Notes: generated by a model from the letters alone, not told the origin. A DNA stretch of 64,000 bases from an uncultured Candidatus Saccharibacteria bacterium (GCA_964615775.1 CAZTQB010000003.1:39172-103171); one strand, 5' to 3'; positions 8,554 to 18,531 are shown, counted from the first letter of the stretch. Made by a program: numbers and translations.

Positions 8554-10371
8554 ATGAATCAATCAAATATACGAAATTTTTGCATTATTGCACATATCGA
8601 TCATGGCAAAAGTACTTTAGCCGATAGATTATTAGAGATGACGGGTACAGTGCAGAAACGTGACATGAAAGCACAGCTGCTTGATAAAATGGACTTAGAA
8701 CGCGAGAAGGGAATAACTATTAAATTAGCACCAGTCCGTATGAGCTATAGCTATGTCCAGCAGGCCAATGTAGATAGCAGTAGTGGTGTTTATGAGCTGA
8801 ACTTGATAGATACACCAGGACATGTTGATTTTAGCTATGAAGTGTCGCGGAGTTTGCAGGCGTGTGAAGGAGCGATTTTAGTAGTTGACGCATCACAGGG
8901 CATACAAGCTCAAACTCTAGCCAACGTTTACTTGGCAATGGAGGCTGATCTAAAAATAATTCCGGTGCTTAACAAGATTGATTTGCCAGCGGCTGATGTG
9001 CCAAAAGTTACTAGAGAAGTAGTTAGTTTGCTTGGCTGTGATGAGTCAGAAATACTGCACATTAGTGCCAAAACCGGTCAAGGCGTAGAGGCGGTTTTGG
9101 GAGCTGTAGTTGAGCGGGTAGAGCCACCTCGAGAACTAAAGCCCGACCAGACGCGAGCTTTGATATTTGATAGTTATTATGATGACTACAGAGGTGTGAT
9201 ATTGTATGTGCGAGTTGTTGATGGAGTGATCAAAAAAAACGCTGAGATCAAAATGTGTGCCACTGCGGCTACAGGATTAGCACTAGAAGTTGGTCATCTT
9301 TCGCCAGACATGAAGCCTGACCAAGAGCTAAAACCAGGTGAGATTGGCTATATTGTGACTAATCTTCGAACTACACGCGAAGCCAAGGTGGGCGATACGG
9401 TTACTCTGGCAACAAGACCTAGTCCGCTTCCTTTGCCTGGCTATAAAGATGTTAAACCGTTTGTTTACGCTGGCTTTTTTCCGGAGAGTAATGAACAGTA
9501 TCAGGAACTAAAAGATGCGATTGAGAAATTATCACTTAGCGACTCAGCCTTGCAATACGAGCTAGAAAATTCGCCAGTACTAGGTTTTGGTGTAAGGGTT
9601 GGCTTTTTGGGTTTGCTGCATATGGATATTGTGCGTGAGCGGCTGGAACGGGAGTATGATCTTGATCTGATTGTAACTAACCCTAGTACTGACTATCAGA
9701 TTAAATTACTAAATGGTGAAAATTTAGACATAAAAAGTGCAGCTGATTTGCCTGATGCTTCTAAGGTGGCAGAAATTGCTGAGCCGTGGATAAAAGGTGA
9801 AATTGTAGTTCCAAACACTTATGTAGGAGCGGTAATTCAGCTTATTTCATCAAAAAGAGGCGTGCAGAATAATATTAGCTTTGTTGATGAGCAGCTAGCT
9901 TTAATTAGTTTTGATGCTCCGCTAGCTAATCTTTTAACAGATTTTTACGATCAGCTCAAAAGTGTAACTTCTGGCTATGGCAGTTTTAATTATGAGCTGT
10001 CTGAGTACCGCGTAGAAAATTTAGTACGTTTAGACTTTTATGTAGCTGGCGAGATAGTTAACGCGTTAAGTATTATGGTGCATCGTACTGAAGCAGAGAG
10101 TTTAGGGCGAGAAATTGTTAATAAACTTAAAGAAGTTATACCACGGCAAAACTTTCAGATTGCCCTGCAGGCAGGTATTGGCGGGCGATTTATTGCACGT
10201 GAAGACGTAAAAGCTTACCGCAAAGACGTAACAGCTAAACTCTACGGCGGTGATGTCTCGCGTCGCAAAAAGTTATTGGCCAAGCAAAAAAAAGGTAAGG
10301 CCAGAGCTAAGCGATTTGGTAACGTTGATATACCATCTGAAGCATTCACAGTACTTCTAAAACGTGACTAG
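8554..10371 (+). CDS. lepA: Translation elongation factor 4 (LepA)
   Basis: IRNFCIIAHIDHGKSTLADR, DTPGHVDF, NKIDL and the LepA-specific C-terminal region. Confidence 0.95.
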   Translation: MNQSNIRNFCIIAHIDHGKSTLADRLLEMTGTVQKRDMKAQLLDKMDLEREKGITIKLAPVRMSYSYVQQANVDSSSGVYELNLIDTPGHVDFSYEVSRSLQACEGAILVVDASQGIQAQTLANVYLAMEADLKIIPVLNKIDLPAADVPKVTREVVSLLGCDESEILHISAKTGQGVEAVLGAVVERVEPPRELKPDQTRALIFDSYYDDYRGVILYVRVVDGVIKKNAEIKMCATAATGLALEVGHLSPDMKPDQELKPGEIGYIVTNLRTTREAKVGDTVTLATRPSPLPLPGYKDVKPFVYAGFFPESNEQYQELKDAIEKLSLSDSALQYELENSPVLGFGVRVGFLGLLHMDIVRERLEREYDLDLIVTNPSTDYQIKLLNGENLDIKSAADLPDASKVAEIAEPWIKGEIVVPNTYVGAVIQLISSKRGVQNNISFVDEQLALISFDAPLANLLTDFYDQLKSVTSGYGSFNYELSEYRVENLVRLDFYVAGEIVNALSIMVHRTEAESLGREIVNKLKEVIPRQNFQIALQAGIGGRFIAREDVKAYRKDVTAKLYGGDVSRRKKLLAKQKKGKARAKRFGNVDIPSEAFTVLLKRD

Positions 10372-10395
10372 ACTGTGATAAAATAACCTACCATA

Positions 10396-11118
10396 ATGAC
10401 TGATATTGAAGCTAAAATAAGTAATTATTCCCCGCCGGCGAACTTAGTCGAGCAGTTAAAAGGTATAAAACTGGTTTTTTTAGTGGGCATAACCGCTGCC
10501 GGCAAAGACACTATTGCTGGTAAGTTATTTGCATCTGGTAGATACACGAAAATCATATCACATACCACTCGCCTGCCTCGTGAAAATGATGGAGTTATAG
10601 AAGTGGAAGGCGTTAATTACTATTTTGTTGATATGCCTAAAATTGAGAGTATGGTTGATAAAGAAGAGTTTTTTGAGCTGAAATATAATCATGGTAAAGT
10701 TTACGGAACATCACTTATGGCTCTAGCTAAAGTTCGTGATTCGGGTAAAATTGGCTTAAGTGATATTGATGTGCAGGGTGTCAGCGAGTATATGTCTTTG
10801 CTGGCTGGCTATGTAACGCCGGTTTTTATTTTGCCACCAGATTATCAAACTTGGCAGCGTAGGTTTAATAGTCGATATGATGGGTCTGGCGGAGTTGCAG
10901 ATAAGGAGAGGCTAGTTCGTCTTCAGACTGCGGAGTCTGAGCTGAAAGATGCTTTAACGAATGATTATTTTGAATTTGTGATTAATGATGACTTAGCTAG
11001 AGCAGTCGAAGTAGTGGATCAGATTGCTCATGGTCAAACTTCAAGGCATAAAAATACTGAAGCCAAAAGTGTGGCCGAACAACTTTTAAGTGAACTAAGA
11101 AGAGAATTGGTCAGGTGA
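10396..11118 (+). CDS. gmk: Guanylate kinase-like protein
   Basis: P-loop GITAAGKDT and SHTTRLPRENDGVIEVEGVNYYFV (guanylate kinase signature). It is longer than the typical Gmk. Confidence 0.7.
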   Translation: MTDIEAKISNYSPPANLVEQLKGIKLVFLVGITAAGKDTIAGKLFASGRYTKIISHTTRLPRENDGVIEVEGVNYYFVDMPKIESMVDKEEFFELKYNHGKVYGTSLMALAKVRDSGKIGLSDIDVQGVSEYMSLLAGYVTPVFILPPDYQTWQRRFNSRYDGSGGVADKERLVRLQTAESELKDALTNDYFEFVINDDLARAVEVVDQIAHGQTSRHKNTEAKSVAEQLLSELRRELVR

Positions 11119-11122
11119 AATT

Positions 11123-11542
11123 GTGTCAACGGTAGTTGTTGTGTCAGGTATTTTGCTGAAAAATAACAAAATTTTATTAGCCAAAAGGTCGTCGACTAAA
11201 AAAATAGCTCCAGGTGAGTGGCATATTCCAGGTGGACATGTTGAGTTTAGTGAGCATCCAAAACTATCACTGGAGCGTGAGTTTATGGAGGAACTACAAC
11301 TAAAAGTCGAAGTCACAAAGCCATTAGCCGTCCATTCTTTTGTAGAAGATAGTGAGCATGTCATAATCATAACTTTTTTGGTTAGAACAAAAGAAATCCC
11401 AAAAGTTATTAAATTTGATTCAAGTGAGACAGCCGAAGTAACTTGGGCTGATATTACAGAATCACGCCAATTGCTGCCCAAGCAAAAACACGACTACAAA
11501 ACTATCGAAATTATAAACGATTTTGGCACTCTTGATTCTTGA
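11123..11542 (+). CDS. NUDIX hydrolase
   Basis: Nudix box GGHVEFSEHPKLSLEREFMEELQL. GTG start. The 3' end overlaps the hrcA CIRCE element. Confidence 0.8.
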   Translation: MSTVVVVSGILLKNNKILLAKRSSTKKIAPGEWHIPGGHVEFSEHPKLSLEREFMEELQLKVEVTKPLAVHSFVEDSEHVIIITFLVRTKEIPKVIKFDSSETAEVTWADITESRQLLPKQKHDYKTIEIINDFGTLDS

Positions 11543-11549
11543 GTGCCAA
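11523..11549 (+). promoter_or_regulatory. CIRCE operator (HrcA binding site) with embedded promoter for hrcA
   Basis: TTGGCACTC-N9-GAGTGCCAA against the consensus TTAGCACTC-N9-GAGTGCTAA. The loop begins with TTGATT (-35), and TATAAT lies at 11555-11560. Confidence 0.8.
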
Positions 11550-11567
11550 AAAGTTATAATACCTTTT

Positions 11568-12278
11568 ATGATAACTGATAGACAAGCCCAGATTTTGTGT
11601 GCCGTAGTCGAGCAGTATGCCGAGGTAGCTGCCCCTGTAGGTAGTAATTTGTTGGCTAAAGTATTTAACGTATCAAGTGCCACAATTCGCTCAGAAATGG
11701 CAGAGTTAGAGCGAAGTGGCTATATTGAGCAGCCACATACCTCAGCTGGGCGTGTACCGACAGATAAAGGCTATCGTTTTTATGTCAATCAATTCAATGA
11801 GCAAGCCACTAGCTCTAGTTTGGATAGACGAGCAGAACGAGCTTTAGCGGCTAGAGTTGAATCAGGCGGGGCATCGGTTGATAGAACTATTCGTAACGCT
11901 GTCGATACACTTGTGGAATTAACTCACAACTTAGGCATTGGTACTATTGGTGATAGGTTTTATATGTCAGGTTTGACCAATTTATTTAATCAACCAGAAT
12001 TTGCCAGTGGTGAACATGTGCGTGATGTGGCCAGACTGTTAGATAACTTAGAACCATGGCTTTACGAGGTTGCTCCTAATGAGCCGCTAAGTGTTTATAT
12101 TGGTCATGAAAATCCAATTGGTCGTAACAGTGGCTGTAGTCTAATAATTAGCCGATTTAGAAGTCCTTATAGTGACCGAAGCTATGTTGGAGTTCTAGGT
12201 CCGACTCGCCAAAGTTATGGCCAGGTTATGAACTTGGTTAAGCGAACTGGCGAGGCGTTAGAGGAAACGTTATTTTAA
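11568..12278 (+). CDS. hrcA: Heat-inducible transcription repressor HrcA (short form)
   Basis: MITDRQAQILCAVVEQYAEVAAPVGSNLL and the HTSAGRVPTDKGYRFYV winged-helix region. The start was moved to ATG 11568 because the track start (TTG 11523) is the CIRCE arm itself. Confidence 0.85.
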   Translation: MITDRQAQILCAVVEQYAEVAAPVGSNLLAKVFNVSSATIRSEMAELERSGYIEQPHTSAGRVPTDKGYRFYVNQFNEQATSSSLDRRAERALAARVESGGASVDRTIRNAVDTLVELTHNLGIGTIGDRFYMSGLTNLFNQPEFASGEHVRDVARLLDNLEPWLYEVAPNEPLSVYIGHENPIGRNSGCSLIISRFRSPYSDRSYVGVLGPTRQSYGQVMNLVKRTGEALEETLF

Positions 12279-12290
12279 AAGAGGTGATTT

Positions 12291-12770
12291 ATGAGTAAAG
12301 ACAGTAAAAAACCAGTCGACTACCAAAAAGTTGCAGAAGAATTGGCTGCCGAAAATACCGGACTAACCGAGGCACTGCAACGTGAACGAGCTGATGTAAC
12401 CAATATTCGTCGCCGGCATGATGAACAATTATTAAGTTTGAAATCATCGATAAAAGCTCAAGTTATTACTGAGTTACTGCCTGCCCTTGATAATTTAGAG
12501 CGAGCCTTAAAACACACTCCCAAAGATATTGCAGACCATGACTATGTAAAAGGTATAAGTGGTGTAGTTAAACAGTTTGAAAAAACTCTATCCGATATAG
12601 GAGTTGAGCGAATCAAGACTGTTGGCCAGCCATTTGACGCTAATCTGCATGAAGCGGTTAGTATGCAAGAAGCTGGCGGCAAGAAAGAGCTAGTTTCGGA
12701 AGAGCTACAGTCTGGCTATAAGATTGGTGACGATGTGATTCGTCACGCAATGGTAAAAGTTACAAGATAA
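12291..12770 (+). CDS. grpE: Nucleotide exchange factor GrpE
   Basis: RERADVTNIRRR, PALDNLERAL and FDANLHEAV motifs. The position between hrcA and dnaK fits. Confidence 0.9.
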   Translation: MSKDSKKPVDYQKVAEELAAENTGLTEALQRERADVTNIRRRHDEQLLSLKSSIKAQVITELLPALDNLERALKHTPKDIADHDYVKGISGVVKQFEKTLSDIGVERIKTVGQPFDANLHEAVSMQEAGGKKELVSEELQSGYKIGDDVIRHAMVKVTR

Positions 12771-12836
12771 GCCTTTTGAATTTAACATAAGCAGTGTTAC
12801 TATGAGGTTAGTATTTTATTTTAAATCAAAAACAAA

Positions 12837-13478
12837 GTGCCAGCTAGCTCAGTACTCACCAGAGAAAAAATCGATATTCCTGAAGTTTTACAGGGGGTTG
12901 AGAGCTTGGGGGCTACACAGCATTTGTCGTACTTAGGAGAGGTTTCGCCTGACTCATATCGTCATTCACTGGCGGTAGGAAACCTAGTTTTAGGGGCATG
13001 TGATTATTATGGTGTAGGTAGCAAAGACACATATACTGCTGGGGTAGCAGCAGTGTTACATGATATCGGCAAAGCTAATCCAGAGGTTGTAGGTCTTGTT
13101 AATTCCGAACATGAGCTAACAGATAATGAGAGGCAAATTGTGGCTGGCCATACTTTTTCAGGTCAAGTTTTATTGTGCGGCTTGTATAGCCAAGCCAAAC
13201 GAACTGGCTTAAAAGAGTTGTTGATTCAGGCTGAGCATACGGCTGGCTATCATCATACACCAATAAATGAGATCGATAATGACATAACGACTTTAGTTAC
13301 GCTAGCCGATAGAGCTGAGGCCACTTCGGGTCCTTTAAGGCCTTATCAAAGAACAAGATTGGCACTTAAGCCTCATGAGCTGCTATCTGTTGCTGAGCGT
13401 GAAGTTTCAGTTTTTGATCAAGATCCACTAGAGTTAATTAGATTTTTCCAAGCCGCTTGCCTAAAAAACAGAAAATAA
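12837..13478 (+). CDS. HD-domain phosphohydrolase family protein
   Basis: H...HDIGK motif (AVLHDIGKA) plus downstream His-rich GYHHTP. GTG start. It lies inside the heat-shock operon. Confidence 0.6.
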   Translation: MPASSVLTREKIDIPEVLQGVESLGATQHLSYLGEVSPDSYRHSLAVGNLVLGACDYYGVGSKDTYTAGVAAVLHDIGKANPEVVGLVNSEHELTDNERQIVAGHTFSGQVLLCGLYSQAKRTGLKELLIQAEHTAGYHHTPINEIDNDITTLVTLADRAEATSGPLRPYQRTRLALKPHELLSVAEREVSVFDQDPLELIRFFQAACLKNRK

Positions 13479-13481
13479 AAA

Positions 13482-13508
13482 TTAGCACTCTTGACATGTG
13501 AGTGCTAA
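13482..13508 (+). promoter_or_regulatory. CIRCE operator 1 upstream of dnaK, with embedded -35
   Basis: Perfect consensus TTAGCACTC-ttgacatgt-GAGTGCTAA. The loop starts with TTGACA, and TATTAT lies at 13515-13520. Confidence 0.9.
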
Positions 13509-13529
13509 TTTTGGTATTATCTTTAAGTA

Positions 13530-13556
13530 TTGGCACTTACATATATTGAGTGCTAA
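13530..13556 (+). promoter_or_regulatory. CIRCE operator 2 in the dnaK leader
   Basis: TTGGCACTT-acatatatt-GAGTGCTAA, 22 nt after the first CIRCE. Confidence 0.8.
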
Positions 13557-13615
13557 AATATAACTACGAATTTTAATAATTAAATATAAATAAAATATAA
13601 CGACGAGGAGTAAAA

Positions 13616-15520
13616 ATGGGAAAGATAATAGGAATTGATTTAGGTACAACTAACAGTGCGATGGCAGTTATGCAATCTGGCAAACCAGAAATTATTGCTA
13701 ATAGCGAAGGTAATAGAACTACGCCAAGTGTAGTTGCGATTGGCAAAAACAAAGATCGTTTGGTTGGCCAAGTAGCTAACCGTCAACGCGTAACCAATCC
13801 TGAGAACACAATTTTTGGTGTAAAGCGACTAATAGGTCGTAAATTTACGGATAAAGAGGTCCAAAAAGATATCAAACTTATGCCTTTTAAGATTGAGAAA
13901 AAAGGTTCAGGTGTGCAGGTGGAGATGGACGGCAAAGGCTATACCCCAGAGGAAGTCTCGGCTATGATACTTAGTAAGCTTAAGGCTGATGCTGAAGCCT
14001 TCTTGGGTGAGCCAGTAACAGAGGCAGTGATTACCGTACCGGCTTATTTTGATGATTCACAACGTCAGGCTACCAAAGATGCTGGTAAAATTGCAGGACT
14101 AGAAGTTAAGCGTATAATCAATGAGCCAACTGCTGCAGCACTTGCCTATGGGCTGGAAAAAGGCAAGGAAGAGAAAATTGCAGTTTTTGACCTTGGTGGT
14201 GGTACGTTTGATGTGTCAATTTTGCAGCTTGGTGATGGTGTTTTTGAGGTGTTAAGTACTAATGGCGATACACATCTAGGTGGTGAAGATTTTGACCTAC
14301 GGATTGTTAACCATTTTGTTGATGAGTTTAAAAAAGAATCTGGCATAGATGTAACCAACGACAAGGCTGCTATGCAGAGGCTAAAAGAAGAAGCCGAAAA
14401 AGCAAAAAAAGAACTGTCAACTACAGAGGTAGCAGATATTAATTTGCCATTTCTTACGGCTGACGCCGATGGCCCAAAGCACTTCGAGTATAAATTGACT
14501 CGAGCTAAATTGATCGAGCTAGTTGGTGATTTGATTGAGAAAACCGCTGTTCCTTGTGAGAAAGCTCTAAAAGATGCCAAATTGAAAGCTAGTGACATAA
14601 ACGAAGTAATTTTGGTTGGTGGTATGACTCGTATGCCAGCTGTGATTGAGGAAGTTAAGAAGATCTTTGGCAAAGACCCTAAACAAGGCGTTAACCCGGA
14701 TGAAGTTGTAGCAGTTGGTGCGGCTATCCAAGGTGGTGTTTTGCAAGGTGATGTTAAAGATGTGTTACTGCTTGACGTAACTCCTTTGAGTCTTGGTATT
14801 GAAACTATGGGTGGTATTGCCACTAAGCTAATCGAGCGTAATACTACTATTCCAACATCTAAGAGTGAAACATTCTCGACGGCTGCCGACAACCAGCCAA
14901 GTGTAGAAATCCATGTTGTGCAAGGTGAACGCGAAATGGTAACCGACAATAAATCACTAGGCCGATTTGTGCTAGACGGCATTGCTCCAGCACCGCGTGG
15001 GGTACCGCAAATTGAAGTAATATTTAACCTTGATGCTAACGGAATATTGAATGTAACGGCAAAAGATAAAGGTACTGGCAAAGAGCAGAGCATAACTATC
15101 CAAAACAGTGGTAATTTGTCTAAAGATGAAGTTGAAAAAGCAGCTAAAGAAGCTGAAGCACATGCCGAGGAAGATAAGAAAAAACGTGAAGCAATTGAAG
15201 TTCGTAACAACCTTGAAAATGCCATCTATCAGGCAGAAAAGCTGAAGAGTGACAGTAAAGACAAACTATCTGAAGATGACATTAAGTCTATTGAAGAGGC
15301 AACTGAAGTGGCCAAGAAGGTTCAAGTTGACGAAAAAGCTGACAAAGAAGCCATAGAGGCAGCTCTAAAAGAGCTAAATGATAAAATCATGCCAATTGGT
15401 GCAAAAATGTATGAACAGGCCGCCAAAGAAGCTGAAGCCAAGAATAGTGAAGAGTCTGACAAGAAAGCCGATGACAAAGATGAGCCAGTAGAAGGCGAAG
15501 TTGTCGACGACAAAAAGTAG
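13616..15520 (+). CDS. dnaK: Chaperone DnaK (Hsp70)
   Basis: [17 protein letters not shown] and [11 protein letters not shown] signatures. RBS GAGGAG lies upstream. Confidence 0.97.
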   Translation: MGKIIGIDLGTTNSAMAVMQSGKPEIIANSEGNRTTPSVVAIGKNKDRLVGQVANRQRVTNPENTIFGVKRLIGRKFTDKEVQKDIKLMPFKIEKKGSGVQVEMDGKGYTPEEVSAMILSKLKADAEAFLGEPVTEAVITVPAYFDDSQRQATKDAGKIAGLEVKRIINEPTAAALAYGLEKGKEEKIAVFDLGGGTFDVSILQLGDGVFEVLSTNGDTHLGGEDFDLRIVNHFVDEFKKESGIDVTNDKAAMQRLKEEAEKAKKELSTTEVADINLPFLTADADGPKHFEYKLTRAKLIELVGDLIEKTAVPCEKALKDAKLKASDINEVILVGGMTRMPAVIEEVKKIFGKDPKQGVNPDEVVAVGAAIQGGVLQGDVKDVLLLDVTPLSLGIETMGGIATKLIERNTTIPTSKSETFSTAADNQPSVEIHVVQGEREMVTDNKSLGRFVLDGIAPAPRGVPQIEVIFNLDANGILNVTAKDKGTGKEQSITIQNSGNLSKDEVEKAAKEAEAHAEEDKKKREAIEVRNNLENAIYQAEKLKSDSKDKLSEDDIKSIEEATEVAKKVQVDEKADKEAIEAALKELNDKIMPIGAKMYEQAAKEAEAKNSEESDKKADDKDEPVEGEVVDDKK

Positions 15521-15550
15521 TTTTTTATTAAATAAACTAAAACTCTACTA

Positions 15551-15592
15551 AATAGCCCCTTAAGGAGTAGTCTACTCCAGGGGCTATTTTAA
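15551..15592 (+). terminator. Rho-independent terminator after dnaK
   Basis: AATAGCCCCT (15551-15560) pairs with AGGGGCTATT (15579-15588), followed by a T tract. Confidence 0.7.
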
Positions 15593-15670
15593 TTGTGCTT
15601 AAATATTTTTAATAGTAGTAGGTTATAAACTAAATAAGGAAAAAGTATGAAACATTGAAATCCAATTATT

Positions 15671-16114
15671 GTGGCACTGCTCATGTTAGTAACACTTGGA
15701 ATCTACCAAATATATTGGGAAGTTGTAACCAAAATAGAAATGACCAAAAAAGGGGCAGACATTCCTACATCGTGGCTTATAATTATACCGATTGTTAACT
15801 TGTGGTGGGCCTATAAGTATTGTACGGGGGTAGAAAAAGTTACTAATGGGAAGATGTCTGGAGTACTGGCACTGGTATTGTATTTTTGTCTGAGCATTAT
15901 TGGTTTGGCGATTATTCAAGATGCCTTCAATAAAGTAGATGCAGTACCAACCATAAGCCAGCTTAACCCACAGGGTCCGTTGCAAAATAATCAATTTACT
16001 TCAACTTCTCAGCCTCAGTCAACACCGGCATCTACTTTCACTAGCTCAGATCAGTTGCAGACTCAATATCAACAGCCTCCAACTAACCCCAGCCTACCTT
16101 TATCACTTGTTTAG
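15671..16114 (+). CDS. DUF4234-like small membrane protein with a Q/P/S/T-rich tail
   Basis: LGIYQIYW motif and two or three TM segments. The GTG start lacks an SD, and an in-frame SD-ATG-AAA-CAT-TGA lies 24 nt upstream (see findings). Confidence 0.55.
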   Translation: MALLMLVTLGIYQIYWEVVTKIEMTKKGADIPTSWLIIIPIVNLWWAYKYCTGVEKVTNGKMSGVLALVLYFCLSIIGLAIIQDAFNKVDAVPTISQLNPQGPLQNNQFTSTSQPQSTPASTFTSSDQLQTQYQQPPTNPSLPLSLV

Positions 16115-16131
16115 AAAGTTTATATTAAAAA

Positions 16132-16166
16132 AGCTAGACTTTGTTTCGTTAGAAATTAGTCTAGCT
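16132..16166. terminator. Bidirectional terminator between convergent genes
   Basis: AGCTAGACT (16132-16140) pairs with AGTCTAGCT (16158-16166), flanked by an A tract and a T tract. Confidence 0.6.
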
Positions 16167-16186
16167 TTTTAGCTTTATCTAGCTGA

Positions 16187-16819
16187 TTACTTCGAGCGGC
16201 GAACCTTGACCTTGGCTGGAGCTGTTGCTCTAACTTTAGTTTGAGCTTCCATGGCTAATGGCACCATCCAACCGGCTACATAAGCACCTAAGACACCACC
16301 GATCAGTGGTCCGATGATTGATGATACAGATGTATTTTGAAGTCCGAATGCGAGAGCTGGATTAACTACACCGCCTAGCATGCAACCCAAGAACAACGAG
16401 CCACCGAAGGCAGCTGCCAGCTGGATACCTTTCAGTCCTTGATTTAGTGCTAGAACTCCACCCATCAAAAATATAGCACCACCTAAAATCTCTATAACTA
16501 AACTTTTGGTGTCAATCGCCGTGAAGTTAAATTTTAGACCAGACATATCGCTGGCACTAATATACTCGTATACTACTTTAGCAATTAAAGCACCGGCTAG
16601 CTGAGCCACCCAGTACATTGCCATCTTAGTAGCATTGATCTTCTTAACAGCTGCTAAGCCTATAGACACTGCTGGGTTAACGTGTGACCCTGAGATGCCT
16701 CCGATAATTAGCATTAAAACACCTAGTGCCACAAATGGGTTAACGCCCATCAGCACCGCCATTGTCAGCAGGAACGTACCAACTAACTCAGCAATGAGTA
16801 TTATGTTATTTTTGTTCAT
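16187..16819 (-). CDS. MIP-family channel (aquaporin/glycerol facilitator)
   Basis: Two NPA boxes (HVNPAVS, VNPALAF) and six TM segments. Strong RBS AAGGAGGG. Confidence 0.9.
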   Translation of the reverse strand: MNKNNIILIAELVGTFLLTMAVLMGVNPFVALGVLMLIIGGISGSHVNPAVSIGLAAVKKINATKMAMYWVAQLAGALIAKVVYEYISASDMSGLKFNFTAIDTKSLVIEILGGAIFLMGGVLALNQGLKGIQLAAAFGGSLFLGCMLGGVVNPALAFGLQNTSVSSIIGPLIGGVLGAYVAGWMVPLAMEAQTKVRATAPAKVKVRRSK

Positions 16820-16957
16820 CTTCCCTCCTTAGTTATGGAATAACTTAAATTAATCATAAAAAATTTCAAAAATCAATAGGTTAGGTAACACATATTTTTA
16901 ATATTTAGGCTTAATAATATAGATACGAGCATAAATCCTAGTAAGGAGGGGAACAAC

Positions 16958-17353
16958 ATGCAAGAAGAACAAACAACAGAAGTAAGAGAAACAAATGCCG
17001 TTGAAGGTGATACTAATATAAAACGTCAAACCGTGGCTACCAGTAATGCTGCGTCGACTACGACAGTAGTTGGCAGATTAATCTGGTTTGTCATTGGATT
17101 TATCATAGTGATGTTAGCCCTGAGAGTTTTACTGCTATTGCTTGGAGCCAATAAAGGAAATGCGTTTGTAGATTTAGTTTATGGTATAAGTGGGGTATTC
17201 GCTTGGCCATTTTATGGAATTTTTGGTTATGAGCCGAGTTATGGTAAATCAGTCTTTGAGGTCAGTTCTGTGGTGGCGATGTTAGTTTATGCCTTGATCG
17301 GCTGGGGTGTTGCTAAGCTGGTAACTATTGGGCAAAAGCACCCAGATGCTTAA
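16958..17353 (+). CDS. Small membrane protein, unknown function
   Basis: Strong RBS AAGGAGGGG and two or three hydrophobic helices. No motif was recognised. Confidence 0.5.
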   Translation: MQEEQTTEVRETNAVEGDTNIKRQTVATSNAASTTTVVGRLIWFVIGFIIVMLALRVLLLLLGANKGNAFVDLVYGISGVFAWPFYGIFGYEPSYGKSVFEVSSVVAMLVYALIGWGVAKLVTIGQKHPDA

Positions 17354-17383
17354 AATCTTTATTATTTAATTAATTTTCAGAAA

Positions 17384-17410
17384 CTAGCACTCTTGAATAT
17401 GGAGTGCTAG
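17384..17410 (+). promoter_or_regulatory. CIRCE operator with embedded promoter for dnaJ
   Basis: CTAGCACTC-ttgaatatg-GAGTGCTAG. The loop starts with TTGAAT (-35), and TATTAT lies at 17416-17421. Confidence 0.8.
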
Positions 17411-17427
17411 TTTTGTATTATATATGT

Positions 17428-18531
17428 ATGTCTAAAAGAGATTATTATGAGGTTTTAGGTATAGCCAAAACTGCCTCTGATGACGAGATAAAAAAAGCTT
17501 TTCGCAGAAAGGCAGTAGAGCATCACCCCGATAAAACCGGTGGTGATGATAAAGCATTTAAAGAGGTGAATGAAGCCTATGAAGTTTTAAAAGACTCTAA
17601 TAAGCGTCAACGTTATGATCAATTTGGCCATGCTGGAGTCGGTGGAGCGTCCGGTGGCAGTAACCCATTCGAAGGTTTTAGTGGTTTTGGTGGCAATGCT
17701 CAGGAAATGCATTTTGATTTTGGTGATATTTTGGGTGATCTTTTTGGGGGTAATTTTGGTGGTAGACAACAAAGAAATACTCGCGAAGCTCGAGGTAACG
17801 ATGTAGAAACAGCTGTAGAAATAACTTTTGAGAATGCAATATTTGGCCTAGAGCATGATCTAAGAATAGACTTGGAAGATGTATGTGAGCATTGCAAGGG
17901 TACAACGGCCGAACCAGGCCATGAATTGAAAGTTTGTGATACCTGCAAAGGTTCCGGCCAAGTAGTACAGGCTGTGCGAACTGTGTTTGGTAATATTCAA
18001 CAAGCTATTACTTGTAAGACCTGCCGTGGAACTGGTAAGGTACCTGAAGTTGCATGTAGTGTTTGTCATGGCAAAGGTACTAAAAAAACCAATCAAGCAA
18101 TCAAGCTTAAAATTCCAGCTGGCATAGATGATGGAGCTACAATTCGTTTAAGCGAAAAAGGTGAGGCAGTTGCTAACGGCAAAAAAGGCGACATGTACGT
18201 GCATGTCAGGGTCAGGCCGCACAAAAAGTTTACACGTGAAGGTCAATTAATACTTAGCCGTGAACATGTTGGCATGGTTGATGCGGTCCTAGGTACTGAT
18301 ATAAAAGTAGACACTGTCGACGGTGAGGTTGTTATGAAAATTCCGGCTGGTACCCAGAGCGGAACTGATTTTAAACTATCTGGTCATGGTGTGCCGCATT
18401 TAAAGACGGGTAATCGTGGATCTCAGATTGTTACAATAATCGTAGATACACCAACTAAAATTTCCAAAAAACAGAAGGAACTTTTAGAAGAGTTTAGAGA
18501 AAGTTCAAAAAAATCATTCTTCGGAATTTAA
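17428..18531 (+). CDS. dnaJ: Co-chaperone DnaJ
   Basis: J domain MSKRDYYEVLG...HPDK, G/F-rich region and four CxxCxGxG zinc-finger repeats. The start was set at ATG 17428. Confidence 0.93.
   Translation: MSKRDYYEVLGIAKTASDDEIKKAFRRKAVEHHPDKTGGDDKAFKEVNEAYEVLKDSNKRQRYDQFGHAGVGGASGGSNPFEGFSGFGGNAQEMHFDFGDILGDLFGGNFGGRQQRNTREARGNDVETAVEITFENAIFGLEHDLRIDLEDVCEHCKGTTAEPGHELKVCDTCKGSGQVVQAVRTVFGNIQQAITCKTCRGTGKVPEVACSVCHGKGTKKTNQAIKLKIPAGIDDGATIRLSEKGEAVANGKKGDMYVHVRVRPHKKFTREGQLILSREHVGMVDAVLGTDIKVDTVDGEVVMKIPAGTQSGTDFKLSGHGVPHLKTGNRGSQIVTIIVDTPTKISKKQKELLEEFRESSKKSFFGI

Noticed and set aside
14146-15225. A 359-aa ORF antisense to dnaK. Similar antisense or out-of-frame ORFs occur at 87-347, 2251-2451, 3088-3546, 5450-5818, 11095-11481, 17587-18096, 41682-42119, 42377-43600, 54238-54564 and 62403-63188.
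   Set aside because: All lie inside strongly supported conserved genes on the other strand or frame. Their translations are low-complexity (Ser/Pro/Leu-rich) and they lack RBSs.
15656-15658. Alternative genetic code (UGA as Gly or Trp, as in some CPR lineages).
   Set aside because: All conserved genes are full length under the standard code. TGA closes confident genes at 23905-23907, 29473-29475 and 47428-47430, so any recoding would be local at most.
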